A stretch of 64,000 bases of DNA from Longimicrobiales bacterium (GCA_965203485.1 OZ241892.1:3168001-3232000), one strand, 5' to 3'. Positions 10,114-20,554 are shown, counted from the stretch's first letter. Notes: generated from the sequence alone by a model not told the origin. A program made the numbers and translations.

Positions 10114-11055
10114 GTGGAGCTGTACCGCGCGCTGGGATCGCTGGCGGAGCCCCCCGCCCCGGAGCACCGTCGCTTGGCTCGCGCGCTCGGACTGCCCGAA
10201 CCGCCGGGCGCCGACGCGCATGCCGCCGTCGTGGAGTTCCAGAGGGTCCCTTACGCGTCGGTCTACCTCGGTTCCGAAGGGATGATGGGCGGCGAGGTGC
10301 GCGACCGCACGACGGGCTTCAGGCGCGCCTTGGGCTTGGACGTGGGGAACATCCCGGACGCGGGGACGCCGGGGCGTCGCCCTGCCCGCAACTCCGCCGT
10401 GCCGGACAGCTCGCGACGGGCCGTCGCCGAGTCGGACCACGTGGCGTCGCTGCTGTCGCTGCTGGCCTCGCTGGAGTCGTGGCGGAGAGCCGAGTCCGAC
10501 GCGGCGCGGCGGAGGCTCCTGCAGCAGGCCCGCGACACCTTGGCGTGGGAGTACGTGTTGTCGTGGATGCCCCTGTACCTGGCCTCGTTCGCGGGTTGCG
10601 GAACGCCCTTCTACGAGCGCTGGGCGCGGCTGACGGCACGGACGCTGGACTCGCTCGCCGACGACGCCGAGTTCCCGGACCGCCTGCCGGAAGCGTTGCG
10701 GACGGCCCCCGCCTTGTCCTCGCTGGCCGACGCGGGCGCGAGCGACGTGATCTCGGCGGCGCTGGCTCCCGTGCGATGCGGCGCGATCGTCCTGCGGAGC
10801 GACTTGGCGCGGCTGGCCGAGGAGACGGGAACGGCCCTCCGCCACGCGGACCGCCGGACGGCGCTTCGCGGCCTCCTCGCCCAGGATCCGGCCACGACGC
10901 TGGAATGGTTGGCGGGGCATGTCCGCCGCTGGGAGCGGCTGGCCGGCGCTTCGCGGCCCAGGCGCATCGCGGCGTGGTGGGCCGCGAGGGCCGCGGACAC
11001 GGCCGGCGCCCTGGAAGCCGCGGCCGCGGAGGTCGCTCCGGCGGGACTCGCGTGA
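10114..11055 (+). CDS. TorD/DmsD-family molybdoenzyme chaperone
   Basis: PYASVYL, ESDHVASLL, LSWMPLYL motifs; directly follows the Mo subunit. Confidence 0.8.
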   Translation: MELYRALGSLAEPPAPEHRRLARALGLPEPPGADAHAAVVEFQRVPYASVYLGSEGMMGGEVRDRTTGFRRALGLDVGNIPDAGTPGRRPARNSAVPDSSRRAVAESDHVASLLSLLASLESWRRAESDAARRRLLQQARDTLAWEYVLSWMPLYLASFAGCGTPFYERWARLTARTLDSLADDAEFPDRLPEALRTAPALSSLADAGASDVISAALAPVRCGAIVLRSDLARLAEETGTALRHADRRTALRGLLAQDPATTLEWLAGHVRRWERLAGASRPRRIAAWWAARAADTAGALEAAAAEVAPAGLA

Positions 11056-11143
11056 CGCCACGGGTCTCGGGCGGCCGGACATGCCGTTGTCCAGCTGCCG
11101 CCGGCATCGTTTCGGCGGGCGTCCGCGTGGCGGAGACGCTTCC

Positions 11144-12166
11144 GTGATCGACTTGCGTCCGGGAGCTGCGCGGGCGCTGGCCGTCCTCGCGTACTTCGTA
11201 TTGCTGACCGTGGTGGGCACGGTCGGCTACGTGCTGATCGAGGACTGGTCGTGGGACGACGCCCTCTACATGACGGTGACGACCGAGACCGCGGTGGGGT
11301 TCAACGAAGTGCATCCCCTCTCTCGCGACGGACGCTACTGGACGATGTTCGTTCTGGGCGGCGGCTTGACGGGCTTGGGGATGTGGTTCGCGCTGGTCAC
11401 GTCGCTGGTCGTGCGCATGGACATAGGCAACACCTACAGAAGGCGGAGAATCGTGAAGCTGGCCAAGCAGGCGGGAGACCACGTGATCGTGTGCGGCGGC
11501 GGCGGCATGGGGCGGCAAGTCGTGTACGAGCTGGACGGAGCGAAGAAGCCGTGGGTCCTGATCGAGCGCGACGCCGAGGTCGCCGGTTCGCTCCGGCGAA
11601 CCTGGCCCGACGGTCTCGTGGTCGTCGACGACGCCACCCAAGACACCGCGCTGAGCGACGCAGGCATCGAGAACGCCAGCGGCCTGGTGTCGTGTCTCTG
11701 CCTCGACACGGACAACCTCTTCGTGTGCCTCTCCGCCCGGCACTTGAACGCGGACTTGGTCGTCGTCGCGCGCGCCGAAGGAGAATCCGCCACCGCCAAG
11801 ATGCGCCGCGCCGGCGCCGATCACGTTGTGAGCCCCAACGTGACCGGGGCCATTTGGATCGCTTCCGTGCTGGCGCGGCCCTCCGTGGCGCCTCTCCTGG
11901 GCGACGCGACCCCAGGCGCGCACTTCTCGCGCCACATGGAACAAGTCGCGGTCGGCGCCGAATCCAAGCTGGCCGGATCGACTTTGGCCGAGGCCCAGAT
12001 ACCGGGCAAGACCGGCATGGTCGTGGTCGCCGTTTGCCGGGCGGGCGCGGAGCCGGGCGCTACCATGTTCAATCCGGGGGCGGCGACCCGCATCGAGGCG
12101 GGCGACGATTTGGTCGTCTTCGGCGCCGAAGAACAAATCCGCGCGTTGCGGGACTACCTGGCATGA
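11144..12166 (+). CDS. potassium channel family protein with TrkA-N/TrkA-C (RCK) domains
   Basis: DALYMTVTTETAVGFNEVHPLS pore region, HVIVCGGGGMG, RRAGADHVVSP. Confidence 0.85.
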   Translation: MIDLRPGAARALAVLAYFVLLTVVGTVGYVLIEDWSWDDALYMTVTTETAVGFNEVHPLSRDGRYWTMFVLGGGLTGLGMWFALVTSLVVRMDIGNTYRRRRIVKLAKQAGDHVIVCGGGGMGRQVVYELDGAKKPWVLIERDAEVAGSLRRTWPDGLVVVDDATQDTALSDAGIENASGLVSCLCLDTDNLFVCLSARHLNADLVVVARAEGESATAKMRRAGADHVVSPNVTGAIWIASVLARPSVAPLLGDATPGAHFSRHMEQVAVGAESKLAGSTLAEAQIPGKTGMVVVAVCRAGAEPGATMFNPGAATRIEAGDDLVVFGAEEQIRALRDYLA

Positions 12167-12272
12167 CGCGGCCCCGAAACTTCGCCTCCCTCTAGCGGAA
12201 CCGTCTCCCGACGCCTACCGTCCAAGCTCGTCGTGTTCCCCGGATTCCTCTTGCACGGAGCCGCTATCCAGC

Positions 12273-13022
12273 ATGGCCGGAAGCAAGGACAAGTCCCGCC
12301 TCGCGTTCTTCGGCGCGACCATCGTGCTGGCGGCCCTCGCGGCCGCCGCTGCTTTGCAGGTCGTGCGCGGCCAGGCGCGGGTCACCGAAGTCCACGAGCA
12401 GAGGTACCGGACGTACCAGCTCGCCAACCAGCTTCGCCAGTCGTCGGACGACCTCACGCGCATGGCCCGCCTGTACGCGGTGACGGGCGATGTCCGGTAC
12501 AAGGAATACTTCGAGCGGATACTCGCCATTCGGAAGGGCGATGCCGTTCGCCCGGCCGACTACGGGAACGCCTACTGGGACCTCGTCGTGGACGCGCGCG
12601 AGTACCCGCAGGTAGAGGAGGGCGCCGAAGCCGTCGCGCTCGCGGACCTGATGGCCGAAGCGAGCTTCTCGGCGGACGAGCTCGGTCTGTGGCAGGAAGC
12701 AGAGAACGCTTCCGACGAACTGGCCGCGATCGAAACCGAGGCCATGGGAGCCGCTCCGGACGAACTCGCCGTTGCCGGGGCGAACCAGCACGACGCGGTC
12801 AAGGAACTGCACGGCCCCGACTACAACCGGCGGAAGGCGCGGATCATGCAACCCATCGCCGACATGCACTCGATCCTGGAGGAACGGACGGCGGCGGCCG
12901 TCGAGAACGCGGCGCACCGGCACGACACGGCGTCTCATGTGCTGATCGTCGCCCTCGCTCTCCTGCTCCTGGTCAATGCAGGCGCGCTGGTTCGAGCGGT
13001 CGCGGGCTCGCGGACGACTTAG
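12273..13022 (+). CDS. membrane-anchored helical sensor domain protein without an output domain
   Basis: TM - LRQSSDDLTRMARLYAVTGD..Y..YFERILAIRKG - TM, resembling periplasmic sensor domains of MCPs/histidine kinases. Confidence 0.6.
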   Translation: MAGSKDKSRLAFFGATIVLAALAAAAALQVVRGQARVTEVHEQRYRTYQLANQLRQSSDDLTRMARLYAVTGDVRYKEYFERILAIRKGDAVRPADYGNAYWDLVVDAREYPQVEEGAEAVALADLMAEASFSADELGLWQEAENASDELAAIETEAMGAAPDELAVAGANQHDAVKELHGPDYNRRKARIMQPIADMHSILEERTAAAVENAAHRHDTASHVLIVALALLLLVNAGALVRAVAGSRTT

Positions 13023-13222
13023 GCCTGCGAGCGGTGCGCCGTTTCCGAACCCCGGCCCGGCTTGCCTCGGACGGCGGCGAATCGCTACCGTAGCGGGGCA
13101 GGCGGCTCGGATCTTGCGGACGCCTGTGACGATGGGCCGCGCGGTCCAGGAGCGCTTGGCGCGTTCTTCGGTGGTGCGTGGCCATGCGAGTTCCTCAGGA
13201 CCAGCCAACGCGGAGGTTCCCC

Positions 13223-13786
13223 ATGCTGGAGGTTGAAGCCCTCTGGGTTCCGTTGCTCGTGTCCGCCGCCGCCGTCTTCGTAGCGAGCGCGCTGGCGTGG
13301 ACGGTGATGCCCCACCACCGGCCGGACTTCGCTCCGGCCGACGACGAGGACGCGCTGATGGACGCGATCCGCAAGTGCGCCCCCAAGCCCGGCATGTACT
13401 ACTTCCCCTACGCCGACCACAAGTCGGAGCACACCAAGGAGTACCGGCAGAAGGTCGAGGCCGGACCCGTCGGCATCATTCGCGTCCGCGACCCCAAGTC
13501 CGCGCTCAACATGCCGGGCGCGATGATCAAGTCGTTCGTCTACAACTTGGTCGTGGCGACGCTGGTCGCGTACGTCGCCGGCGGCGCCCTCGGCCCCAAC
13601 GCCGCTTTCTGGGACGTGTTCGGCACCGTGGGTCCCGTGACGTTCCTGGCCTACGCGCTCTGCAGCGTGCACGAGAGCATATGGATGGGCTTGCCGCGAA
13701 GCGCCGCGATCAAGCAGGGAATCGACGGCTTCGCCTACGCGCTGATCACGGCGGGCGTCTTCGCGTGGCTGTGGCCCGTCGCATGA
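13223..13786 (+). CDS. hypothetical integral membrane protein
   Basis: GGAGG SD before ATG 13223; about 4 hydrophobic segments; stop overlaps next start (ATGA). Confidence 0.7.
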   Translation: MLEVEALWVPLLVSAAAVFVASALAWTVMPHHRPDFAPADDEDALMDAIRKCAPKPGMYYFPYADHKSEHTKEYRQKVEAGPVGIIRVRDPKSALNMPGAMIKSFVYNLVVATLVAYVAGGALGPNAAFWDVFGTVGPVTFLAYALCSVHESIWMGLPRSAAIKQGIDGFAYALITAGVFAWLWPVA

Positions 13787-14259
13787 GCGACGTCGTCTAC
13801 GAAGCGCGAGTGCGGATAGAGCGCACGCGGGGGCCGCACCGCCTGGCCTATCTGCCGGCCCGCGAAGCGCCTGTGGAGTTCGGCGTGCACGGCCCGATCG
13901 CCGCTCACTACGGGGCGAGTCCCGTCAACGAAGTCACGACGACCCTGGACTACGTGGTGGCCGCCACCGGCGGCTGACTGACGGGAACCTTGGGCGGCGT
14001 GCTGGAGGCACGCGGGATCGACGCGTCGGACGGCAAGCTGGTGGCGGACGTGTCGGGCGAGATCGGCAAGGACGACGGCGTGCTGGTGATTCGCGCCATT
14101 CACGTGAGGTACCGGCTCGATGCCGGCGATGCCGATCCCGAGATCGTCCGGAGGGCCCACGAAATTCACGCCGCCCGTTGCCCGGTCTACAGAACGCTCA
14201 GCGGTTGCGTCGAGATCACGACGGAGCTTGCGGGCGCCCCGGGCGGCGTCCCCGCCTAA
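13783..14259 (+). CDS. OsmC-like protein, probable selenoprotein (UGA at 13975-13977 = Sec)
   Basis: Single frame ATG13783...TLDYVVAATGG[TGA]LTGTLGG...HAARCPVYRTL; UGA sits at the first OsmC Cys position; hairpin just downstream. Confidence 0.75.
13997..14013 (+). promoter_or_regulatory. putative bacterial SECIS hairpin
   Basis: GCGTGC-TGGAG-GCACGC stem-loop with G-rich apical loop about 26 nt after the in-frame UGA. Confidence 0.6.
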
Positions 14260-14307
14260 CGCCTTCACGCGCGAATCCCCCTGTCCCGGAGCAGCTGCAT
14301 TCCCAGC

Positions 14308-15045
14308 ATGAGACCCCATCTCTTGATCCTTGCGGCGGCGGCCGTCGCGACAACCCAAGGATGTGCCACCGGGCGGGGAACTCCGCCGGACGGCCATGGC
14401 GGGGAGCCGCGAGCCCGGTCCGGCGTCGAAGCCGACGGCGCCGACAAGCCGGCCCCGGTCCGGCCCAGCCCCGAGACCGCGGCGCGCCTGGACGCCCTCT
14501 ACCGCGCCCGGGCGGACAGCGCGAGAGCCCGCTACCATCCCGCCGACGTGCACTTCATGACCGGCATGATCGGTCATCACGGACAGGCGCTGGCCATGGC
14601 CGGGTACGCCCCCGAGAACGGCGCGAGCCACTCGATTCGCATCCTTTGCGCCCGCATCATCAACGCCCAGAAGGACGAGATCGCCGTCATGCAGCGGTGG
14701 CTTCGCGAACGAGGCCGACCGGTGCCCGAGATCCACATCGAGAACGGTCGCTTCGCGGTCCGCGGTCCCGCTCACGCCATGCACATGCCGGGGATGCTCA
14801 CCGCCGAACAGCTGGACGAGCTCCGGCACGCCAAGGGCCGCGACTTCGACCGCTTGTTCCTGGAGTACATGATCATGCACCACGAGGGCGCCGTGACCAT
14901 GGTCAGCGAGCTGCTGGCCACCGACGGCGCCGCTCAAGGCGACTTCGTCTTCAAGCTGGCTTCCGACATTCAGGCGGACCAAGGCTCGGAGATCGACCGC
15001 ATGCAACGCATGCTGGACGCGATGTCGCCGAACCCGTCTCGCTAG
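14308..15045 (+). CDS. DUF305 domain lipoprotein
   Basis: ADVHFMTGMIGHHGQAL, AQKDEI..MQRWL, FDRLFLEYMIMHHEGAV; lipobox TQGC. Confidence 0.85.
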   Translation: MRPHLLILAAAAVATTQGCATGRGTPPDGHGGEPRARSGVEADGADKPAPVRPSPETAARLDALYRARADSARARYHPADVHFMTGMIGHHGQALAMAGYAPENGASHSIRILCARIINAQKDEIAVMQRWLRERGRPVPEIHIENGRFAVRGPAHAMHMPGMLTAEQLDELRHAKGRDFDRLFLEYMIMHHEGAVTMVSELLATDGAAQGDFVFKLASDIQADQGSEIDRMQRMLDAMSPNPSR

Positions 15046-15096
15046 CCGGACCATCCCGGTCGCATTGCCGGCCCCGCAAGAGAAAGCCGAACCAAG

Positions 15097-17133
15097 ATGA
15101 ACGCCGTCTCGTCCCTTCGCCGTGGGCGCGGCGCCGCCCTTCCCTGCCTTGCCTTCGGCTTGGCGGCCGCGGGATGCGCGCAGAACGTCGCCACCGGCGT
15201 CCCCGCGGCACCCGGCGTTTCCGCCGCGTCGATCTCCACGCCTTCGCTCCTGCCCGTGCAGGAGGCGGCCGACCCGCCGTCGCCCGACCTCCGCGTGGGT
15301 CTGTCCGCAGGCCTCATGGACGCGGAGGAGGCGATCTGGAACCTGCGCCTCCTGTCGGCCACTCCTCCTCAGGAAGCCTTCGTGGGCAGCACCAACTCGG
15401 ATTTGGCGTTCACCGGCCCCTACGCCATACAAGGCAACTACGACGGCATCCAGGTCTGGGACATCTCCGATCCGTCACGTCCGGAGTCCGTGATCACCTA
15501 CGTGTGTCCCGCCTCCCAGAGCGACGTGTCGGTCTACGGCGACCTGCTGTTCGTGTCGGGCGAAGGCTTGGGCGGCCGGCTGGACTGCGGCGACCAGGGG
15601 GTCGAGGAGGCGGTCAGCCACCACCGCCTGCGGGGCATTCGCATCTTCGACATATCCGACATCAGCGCGCCCGAGTACTTGGCCAACGTCCAGACCTGCC
15701 GGGGTTCCCACACGCACACCGTGCTCGAGCATCCCGGCGACGACGACAACGTCTACATCTACGTTTCGGGCTCGGCCCAGGTCCGGCCGGCGGAAGAGCT
15801 TGCCGGCTGTTCGGGCCTGTCGCCCGACGAGGACCCGAACTCGGCGCTGTTCCGGATCGAGGTGATCCGCGTGCCCTTGGACGACCCCGCCAGCGCGGCC
15901 ATCGCCAGCTCGCCCCGGATCTTTCACGACTTGGTGGCCCCGCCGCGCCACGGTCCGTCGGCCGCCGACCTGGCCGAGATCGAGGAGGCCCGCGCCAGGG
16001 GCGCCTTCGTCGTGGAATTCGGCGGGCAACCGCAAGTCGTTCCCGACCAGGTCGCCCAACAGTTCCTGGCGCAAACCGTGCAGGCACGAGGCGGGGAAGG
16101 AGCTCCCACCGCCGCCGACAGCGCCGCCGTCCGCGAGCGGCTCGACGCCATGGCCGCGGCCGCCGCGGCGCAAGGGGAGGACGAGGACGACGGTCCGGCG
16201 CCCGGCCCCACCCAGTGCCACGACATCACCGTGTATCCGGCGATCGGCTTGGCCGGCGGCGCCTGCGGGGGCTACGGCCTGCTGCTGGACATCCGCGACC
16301 CCGTGGACCCGAAGCGCTTGGCGGCGGTGGCCGACTCCAACTTCTCCTATTGGCACTCGGCCACCTTCAACAACGACGGCACGGCGGTGCTGTTCACCGA
16401 TGAATGGGGAGGCGGAGGCGCGCCCAAGTGCCGAGTCGGCGATCCACCGGAATGGGGCGCCAACGCGATCTTCACCATCGAAGACGGAGACATGCGCTTC
16501 CAGAGCTACTTCAAGATTCCGGCCCCGCAGACGCCGCAGGAAAACTGCGTCGCCCACAACGGCTCGCTGATCCCTGTCCCCGGGCGAGACATCATGATCC
16601 AAGGCTGGTACCAGGGCGGCGTCTCGCTGATCGACTGGACCGACCCGGCCAACCCTGTCGAGATCGCCTACTTCGACCGGGGACCGGTGAACCCGGAGCA
16701 GATGCAGATGGGCGGCAGCTGGTCGGTCTACTGGTACAACGGACTCATCGTGAACTCGGAGATCGCGCGTGGACTGGACATCTTGGAACTGACGCCGAGC
16801 GAAGTCCTGACCCAAAACGAAATCGACGCGGCCAACTCGATTCAGCTGGACCAGCTCAACTCGCAGGGCCAACCCATCTTCGAATGGCCGACCACGTTCG
16901 CGCTTGCACGGGCCTACGCCGACCAGCTGGATCGTTCCGGCGGACTAGGACGCTCCCGGCTCGCCGAGGTGCGGGGCGCGCTGGCCGCCGCGGAAGCCGC
17001 CTCCGGCGCATCCCGGCGCAACGCGCTCGACACGCTCGCCGCCGAACTCGGCCGGGACGCCGCGGGTTCGGCCGACTCCTCCAAGGTCGAGAAGCTGGAA
17101 GACGCGGTTCGGCGCTTGGGCGAAGCCGGCTGA
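15097..17133 (+). CDS. LVIVD-repeat lipoprotein
   Basis: NSDLAF..QGNYDG.QVWDISDP, GIRIFDISD, TCRGSHTHT, CHDITV, NCVAHNGS; lipobox AAGC; adjacent to the DUF305 gene. Confidence 0.8.
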   Translation: MNAVSSLRRGRGAALPCLAFGLAAAGCAQNVATGVPAAPGVSAASISTPSLLPVQEAADPPSPDLRVGLSAGLMDAEEAIWNLRLLSATPPQEAFVGSTNSDLAFTGPYAIQGNYDGIQVWDISDPSRPESVITYVCPASQSDVSVYGDLLFVSGEGLGGRLDCGDQGVEEAVSHHRLRGIRIFDISDISAPEYLANVQTCRGSHTHTVLEHPGDDDNVYIYVSGSAQVRPAEELAGCSGLSPDEDPNSALFRIEVIRVPLDDPASAAIASSPRIFHDLVAPPRHGPSAADLAEIEEARARGAFVVEFGGQPQVVPDQVAQQFLAQTVQARGGEGAPTAADSAAVRERLDAMAAAAAAQGEDEDDGPAPGPTQCHDITVYPAIGLAGGACGGYGLLLDIRDPVDPKRLAAVADSNFSYWHSATFNNDGTAVLFTDEWGGGGAPKCRVGDPPEWGANAIFTIEDGDMRFQSYFKIPAPQTPQENCVAHNGSLIPVPGRDIMIQGWYQGGVSLIDWTDPANPVEIAYFDRGPVNPEQMQMGGSWSVYWYNGLIVNSEIARGLDILELTPSEVLTQNEIDAANSIQLDQLNSQGQPIFEWPTTFALARAYADQLDRSGGLGRSRLAEVRGALAAAEAASGASRRNALDTLAAELGRDAAGSADSSKVEKLEDAVRRLGEAG

Positions 17134-17308
17134 AGTTCGGTCAGCGGTCCGGGGCGCGGCGTCCCGGGCCGTGGAGTCGCCAGACCGCGCCCGTGGGCAT
17201 CGGCGCGATCGGACGCGTCCCGCCCGGCAACCCAGGCGCCCGTTTGGGCGGAAGGCGCGGGCCACGATCGACGGGCGTCAGCGCCGACGACCCCAACGCC
17301 GACCCGTA

Positions 17309-18493
17309 TCAAGCAATGTCCGGCCCAGACGCAGCGGACATCCTGAAGTAGAGTTGCGACAACCTGTTGGCAAAGCGATATCCGCCACGAATCTCAGGGA
17401 CGGCCTCCAGTCCGCCCAGCTTCGTCATGCGGCGCAGGAAGTTGTCCAGCGCCCTTCTGTCGTCGTTGGAAAGGCGCCGAAGGGCTTCAGCCCTCGTGAA
17501 CTGGATGCTCGGGCCTTGGACGATCTGGTCGAGGATCGACCGATAGCGTTCGCTTCGAATCGCCGCCAGAATCCGAGGCTCCAGGTACTTGGCGCCCACC
17601 GCTCGAGCCGCCAGACCAGTTCTCTGCGCGATGTCGCGCCGGGTGATCATCGGTCTCGGGGCCGAGCGCCAGACCGCGTCTCCGATTTCATGTGCCAGGA
17701 CGGGGAGTCCGCCTGTGAACTCCACCAACGCGTGCACGCTTCGAGATGGTAGAACGGCGTCCGCGGATTCGAACGACCGCTGGTAGAACTTCGCGACCTC
17801 TTCGTCGGACCACGGAACGAGGTCCACCAGCTCGAAGACCCGCGCCAACGAAGGCTGCTGCTTGATCAACTCCCGGCGTCTCTCCTCCAGACCGACCATC
17901 AGCACGCACAGCCGGGTCGTCTGCGACGACGTGGCGATCTCGTCCACCGTGCTCTTGAGCCAGTTCGCAAAGTGCGCGGAGCCGGCCAGTCCGTTGAAGT
18001 CGTCGAGGATCAGAAGGAGAGACTTGTCCTTTCCCGTCTTCTTCAAGAACTCCCGGACCGAGTACGCAAAGTTTCGTTCGACGACGCCGATGTCGTCGTT
18101 GCTGAGCCGCAGTTCGAGCGTGGCGCCGAACAAGCCCACGCTGCGAACGCGCGCGCCCAGCGAATCAAGCATCTGCCGGTGCCAGGGCCGCCCGATGCTG
18201 TCCTTCAACAGGCGGTCGAGGGTCCGCTGCAACATTCCGGCCAAGTCCTGCACGCCACCCAAGTAGACGTGGCAACCGACCACGTCGTCCCGGCGCTCCG
18301 CGAGCCGGCGCACGAACCCGGCCAGCGAACTCTTGCCGATGCCGCGCTCGCCGCTGACGAAGCCCACGCGAACCCGTCCTCGCCGCGCGGCCCCAACCAA
18401 GCCCTGCACGCGCTCGATCTCGGCTTCGCGGCCCACGAACGATTCCGCCGAAACCGGAGAACCGGGCGTGAACGGGCTCGACTCGGGAATCAT
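17309..18493 (-). CDS. AAA+ ATPase (AAA_16/STAND-like)
   Basis: SPFTPGSPV..FVGREAE, Walker A GERGIGKSS, Walker B LLILDD, FTGGLP. Confidence 0.82.
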   Translation of the reverse strand: MIPESSPFTPGSPVSAESFVGREAEIERVQGLVGAARRGRVRVGFVSGERGIGKSSLAGFVRRLAERRDDVVGCHVYLGGVQDLAGMLQRTLDRLLKDSIGRPWHRQMLDSLGARVRSVGLFGATLELRLSNDDIGVVERNFAYSVREFLKKTGKDKSLLLILDDFNGLAGSAHFANWLKSTVDEIATSSQTTRLCVLMVGLEERRRELIKQQPSLARVFELVDLVPWSDEEVAKFYQRSFESADAVLPSRSVHALVEFTGGLPVLAHEIGDAVWRSAPRPMITRRDIAQRTGLAARAVGAKYLEPRILAAIRSERYRSILDQIVQGPSIQFTRAEALRRLSNDDRRALDNFLRRMTKLGGLEAVPEIRGGYRFANRLSQLYFRMSAASGPDIA

Positions 18494-18544
18494 GCTGGCA
18501 ACGTACGACCGACGGGCCGTTGGAGACAGGGCGGCCCGTCGTGC

Positions 18545-18797
18545 TCAGCCCGCTTGGCCTACGCTCTTCTCTTCGTTTGCCGCCTCCCAGATCGCCTTGG
18601 CGAGCACGGAGAACGTCGTGGCCTGGAAGTCGTCGTCGTCCATGTAGCGGGTCACGATCTGGTCGTTCTTGCCGATTCGTTGTACCATCAGCTCCCCGAC
18701 GCGTTGTCGGACGCCCAGCGCGAATTTCTTCAGATCGTTGGCTCGGGCAAGGCTGACAACGTCCGCGTCGGCGCAAGCCTCTGCCCGGCCTTGGTCA
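18545..18797 (-). pseudogene. C-terminal remnant of type I restriction enzyme R subunit (HsdR-like)
   Basis: ARANDLKKFALGVRQRVGELMVQRIGKNDQIVTRYMDDDDFQ resembles HsdR C-termini; no start or helicase region. Confidence 0.55.
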
Positions 18798-19310
18798 CGC
18801 GTGGGCCTGTGGGAACCAGGTCCGCAACGTGTCCCCAAGCCTCAAGAACGCCCGGTAGGAACACCGGCGGTAGGACGCGCGACTAGCGATTTCCTGCATG
18901 ATCCTCGGGTGAGCCTTGGTGCGAGTTTCTCGCAATGCCGCTTGAAACGCCTCCTTCGGCCGCCGGGGCTTGGGAGCGTCCTGCGACCACCAACCCTCCT
19001 CGGCCAGCCAGTCGCGGAGCGAGGGCGTCCGGCCACCCCATCCGATCACGTCATCAACGTGAGGAGAACCGCCCCAAAGCCAGACCTCCAACTCCGGCGC
19101 GACGACGATGGCACGAGCACGGGCGTCCCAAGCTGACCGCTGGAACTCCGCGTCCAGGCTCGCTTCGATCTTCTCGGGCGATTCCCTCTCCCTTCCGCTT
19201 CCTTCGTGGTCGAACATCAGGATGGCATGATCGAATTCCCTCACGTATTCGCCCAAGAGTTCCACACCCGTCTTGGCGCAAGCCGGATCATGTCGGTCCT
19301 CGGAAGTCAC
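18795..19310 (-). pseudogene. 5'-truncated MAD4-like (methylation-associated defence) protein
   Basis: HDPAC...FDHAILMFDHEGSGRE...AIVVAPELEVWLW...KPRRPKEAF; 5' end replaced by the peptidase fragment on the opposite strand. Confidence 0.55.
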
Positions 19311-19311
19311 C

Positions 19312-19567
19312 ACGGCTGGGTCCAGCAGGGGGCTGAAGAGCGGCATCGAGGACCTGCGGGCGAAGTGGGGCCGGTCGGCGCTGCGAATTGCCAAGGGCTA
19401 CTCCGCTGGCCTCGTGTTGACCAGCGGATACCGGTGTCCGCACGGAAACGCGTCGATCGCTGGCGCGTCGCGAAGCTCCTATCACATGGAGGGCAGGGCG
19501 GTGGACATTTCGACCAGGGCGATTATCGGCGCGGCTGGGATACCTTATGCTCGGATGACTCCGGATC
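19312..19567 (+). pseudogene. orphan fragment of the M15 peptidase lipoprotein gene
   Basis: GWVQQGLKSGIEDLRAKWG...TSGYRCPHGNASIAGASRSSYHMEGRAVDIS; near-identical DNA to 44240-44000 and 45630-45380. Confidence 0.8.
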
Positions 19568-20180
19568 GGGCTCCGGATCGGGGATGAACGCGGTCACCCA
19601 TCCGTCGCGCGCGCTTCCTATGTAGATGCCGCGCCGGTAGCCGCGATTGCGCCGGGCGTTCGACTCGGAATCGGCGGCGTAGAGTACGTCGTCGGCGTCG
19701 ATGACAGGCCGCTCGGGCGGCCGAACTGCGTCCACGTCTCCAGATGCGCGCCTTCCTGGTCGAAGATCTGGATGCGGCTGTTGCCCCGGTCGGCCACGAA
19801 CAGACGCCCCTGCGAGTCCATCGCCGGCGCGTGCGGGTCGCGAAACTGCCCCGTGCCCGTGCCCGTCTCTCCCCAGGCCATGAGGAACGACCGTCCCGGA
19901 TCCAGCTTTACGATACGGTTGTTGCCCCCGGCGTCGTGCCCGTCCGCCACGAAAATGCTCCCGTCCGGCGCCACCAGCACGTCGGAAGGCTTGTTGAAGA
20001 TGCCCTCGCCCTCGCCGGCGACGCCCTCGACGCCCAGCGTCATCATCAGCTCGCCGTTCGGGCTGTACTTGAGGATCGTGTGGCCCACCCCGGCCGGAAC
20101 CGGCGCATAGCCCACGGCGTCGGTGACCCAGACGTTGCCGTCGGCGTCCACATCCAGGCTGAGGCCGGAGGCGTCCGGGC
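19560..20180 (-). pseudogene. NHL-repeat (PAL-like) protein fragment, frameshifted and truncated
   Basis: VDADGNVWVTD, FNKPSDVLVAPDGSIFVADGH, GQFRDPH, RLFVADRGNSRIQIFD; frameshift near 19705; both ends missing. Confidence 0.7.
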
Positions 20181-20554
20181 GAGGCGTCTCTTTGCCGCCG
20201 TGCTGGCGTCGTCGTGGCTGGTTGCGGCGTTGCCGGGCGGGGCCGATGCCCAGTCGGCGGCCCCGGCGGTGCGGCACATCGTCTTTCTTGGCTTGGAGGC
20301 GGGCGACAGCACGTACTTCGGGGCGAAGCAGTCAAGGTGCGCGTAGTGTTCGACCAGCGTGTCGCGGTGGCGACGGCGAACGGCGCTCCCCACATGGAAC
20401 TGACCTGTTCGGCGAATACGTGTCCCGAAGCGCCGGGCCCGCCGACCGCAGGCTGGGCGTGCAGGGCGCGGTTCGTTTCAAATGACGGCGGGTCAGTCGG
20501 GCAAAGCAGCCCACCATGAATGCGAAGGCGCGGGCCGATCGGCCGACCACGGTC

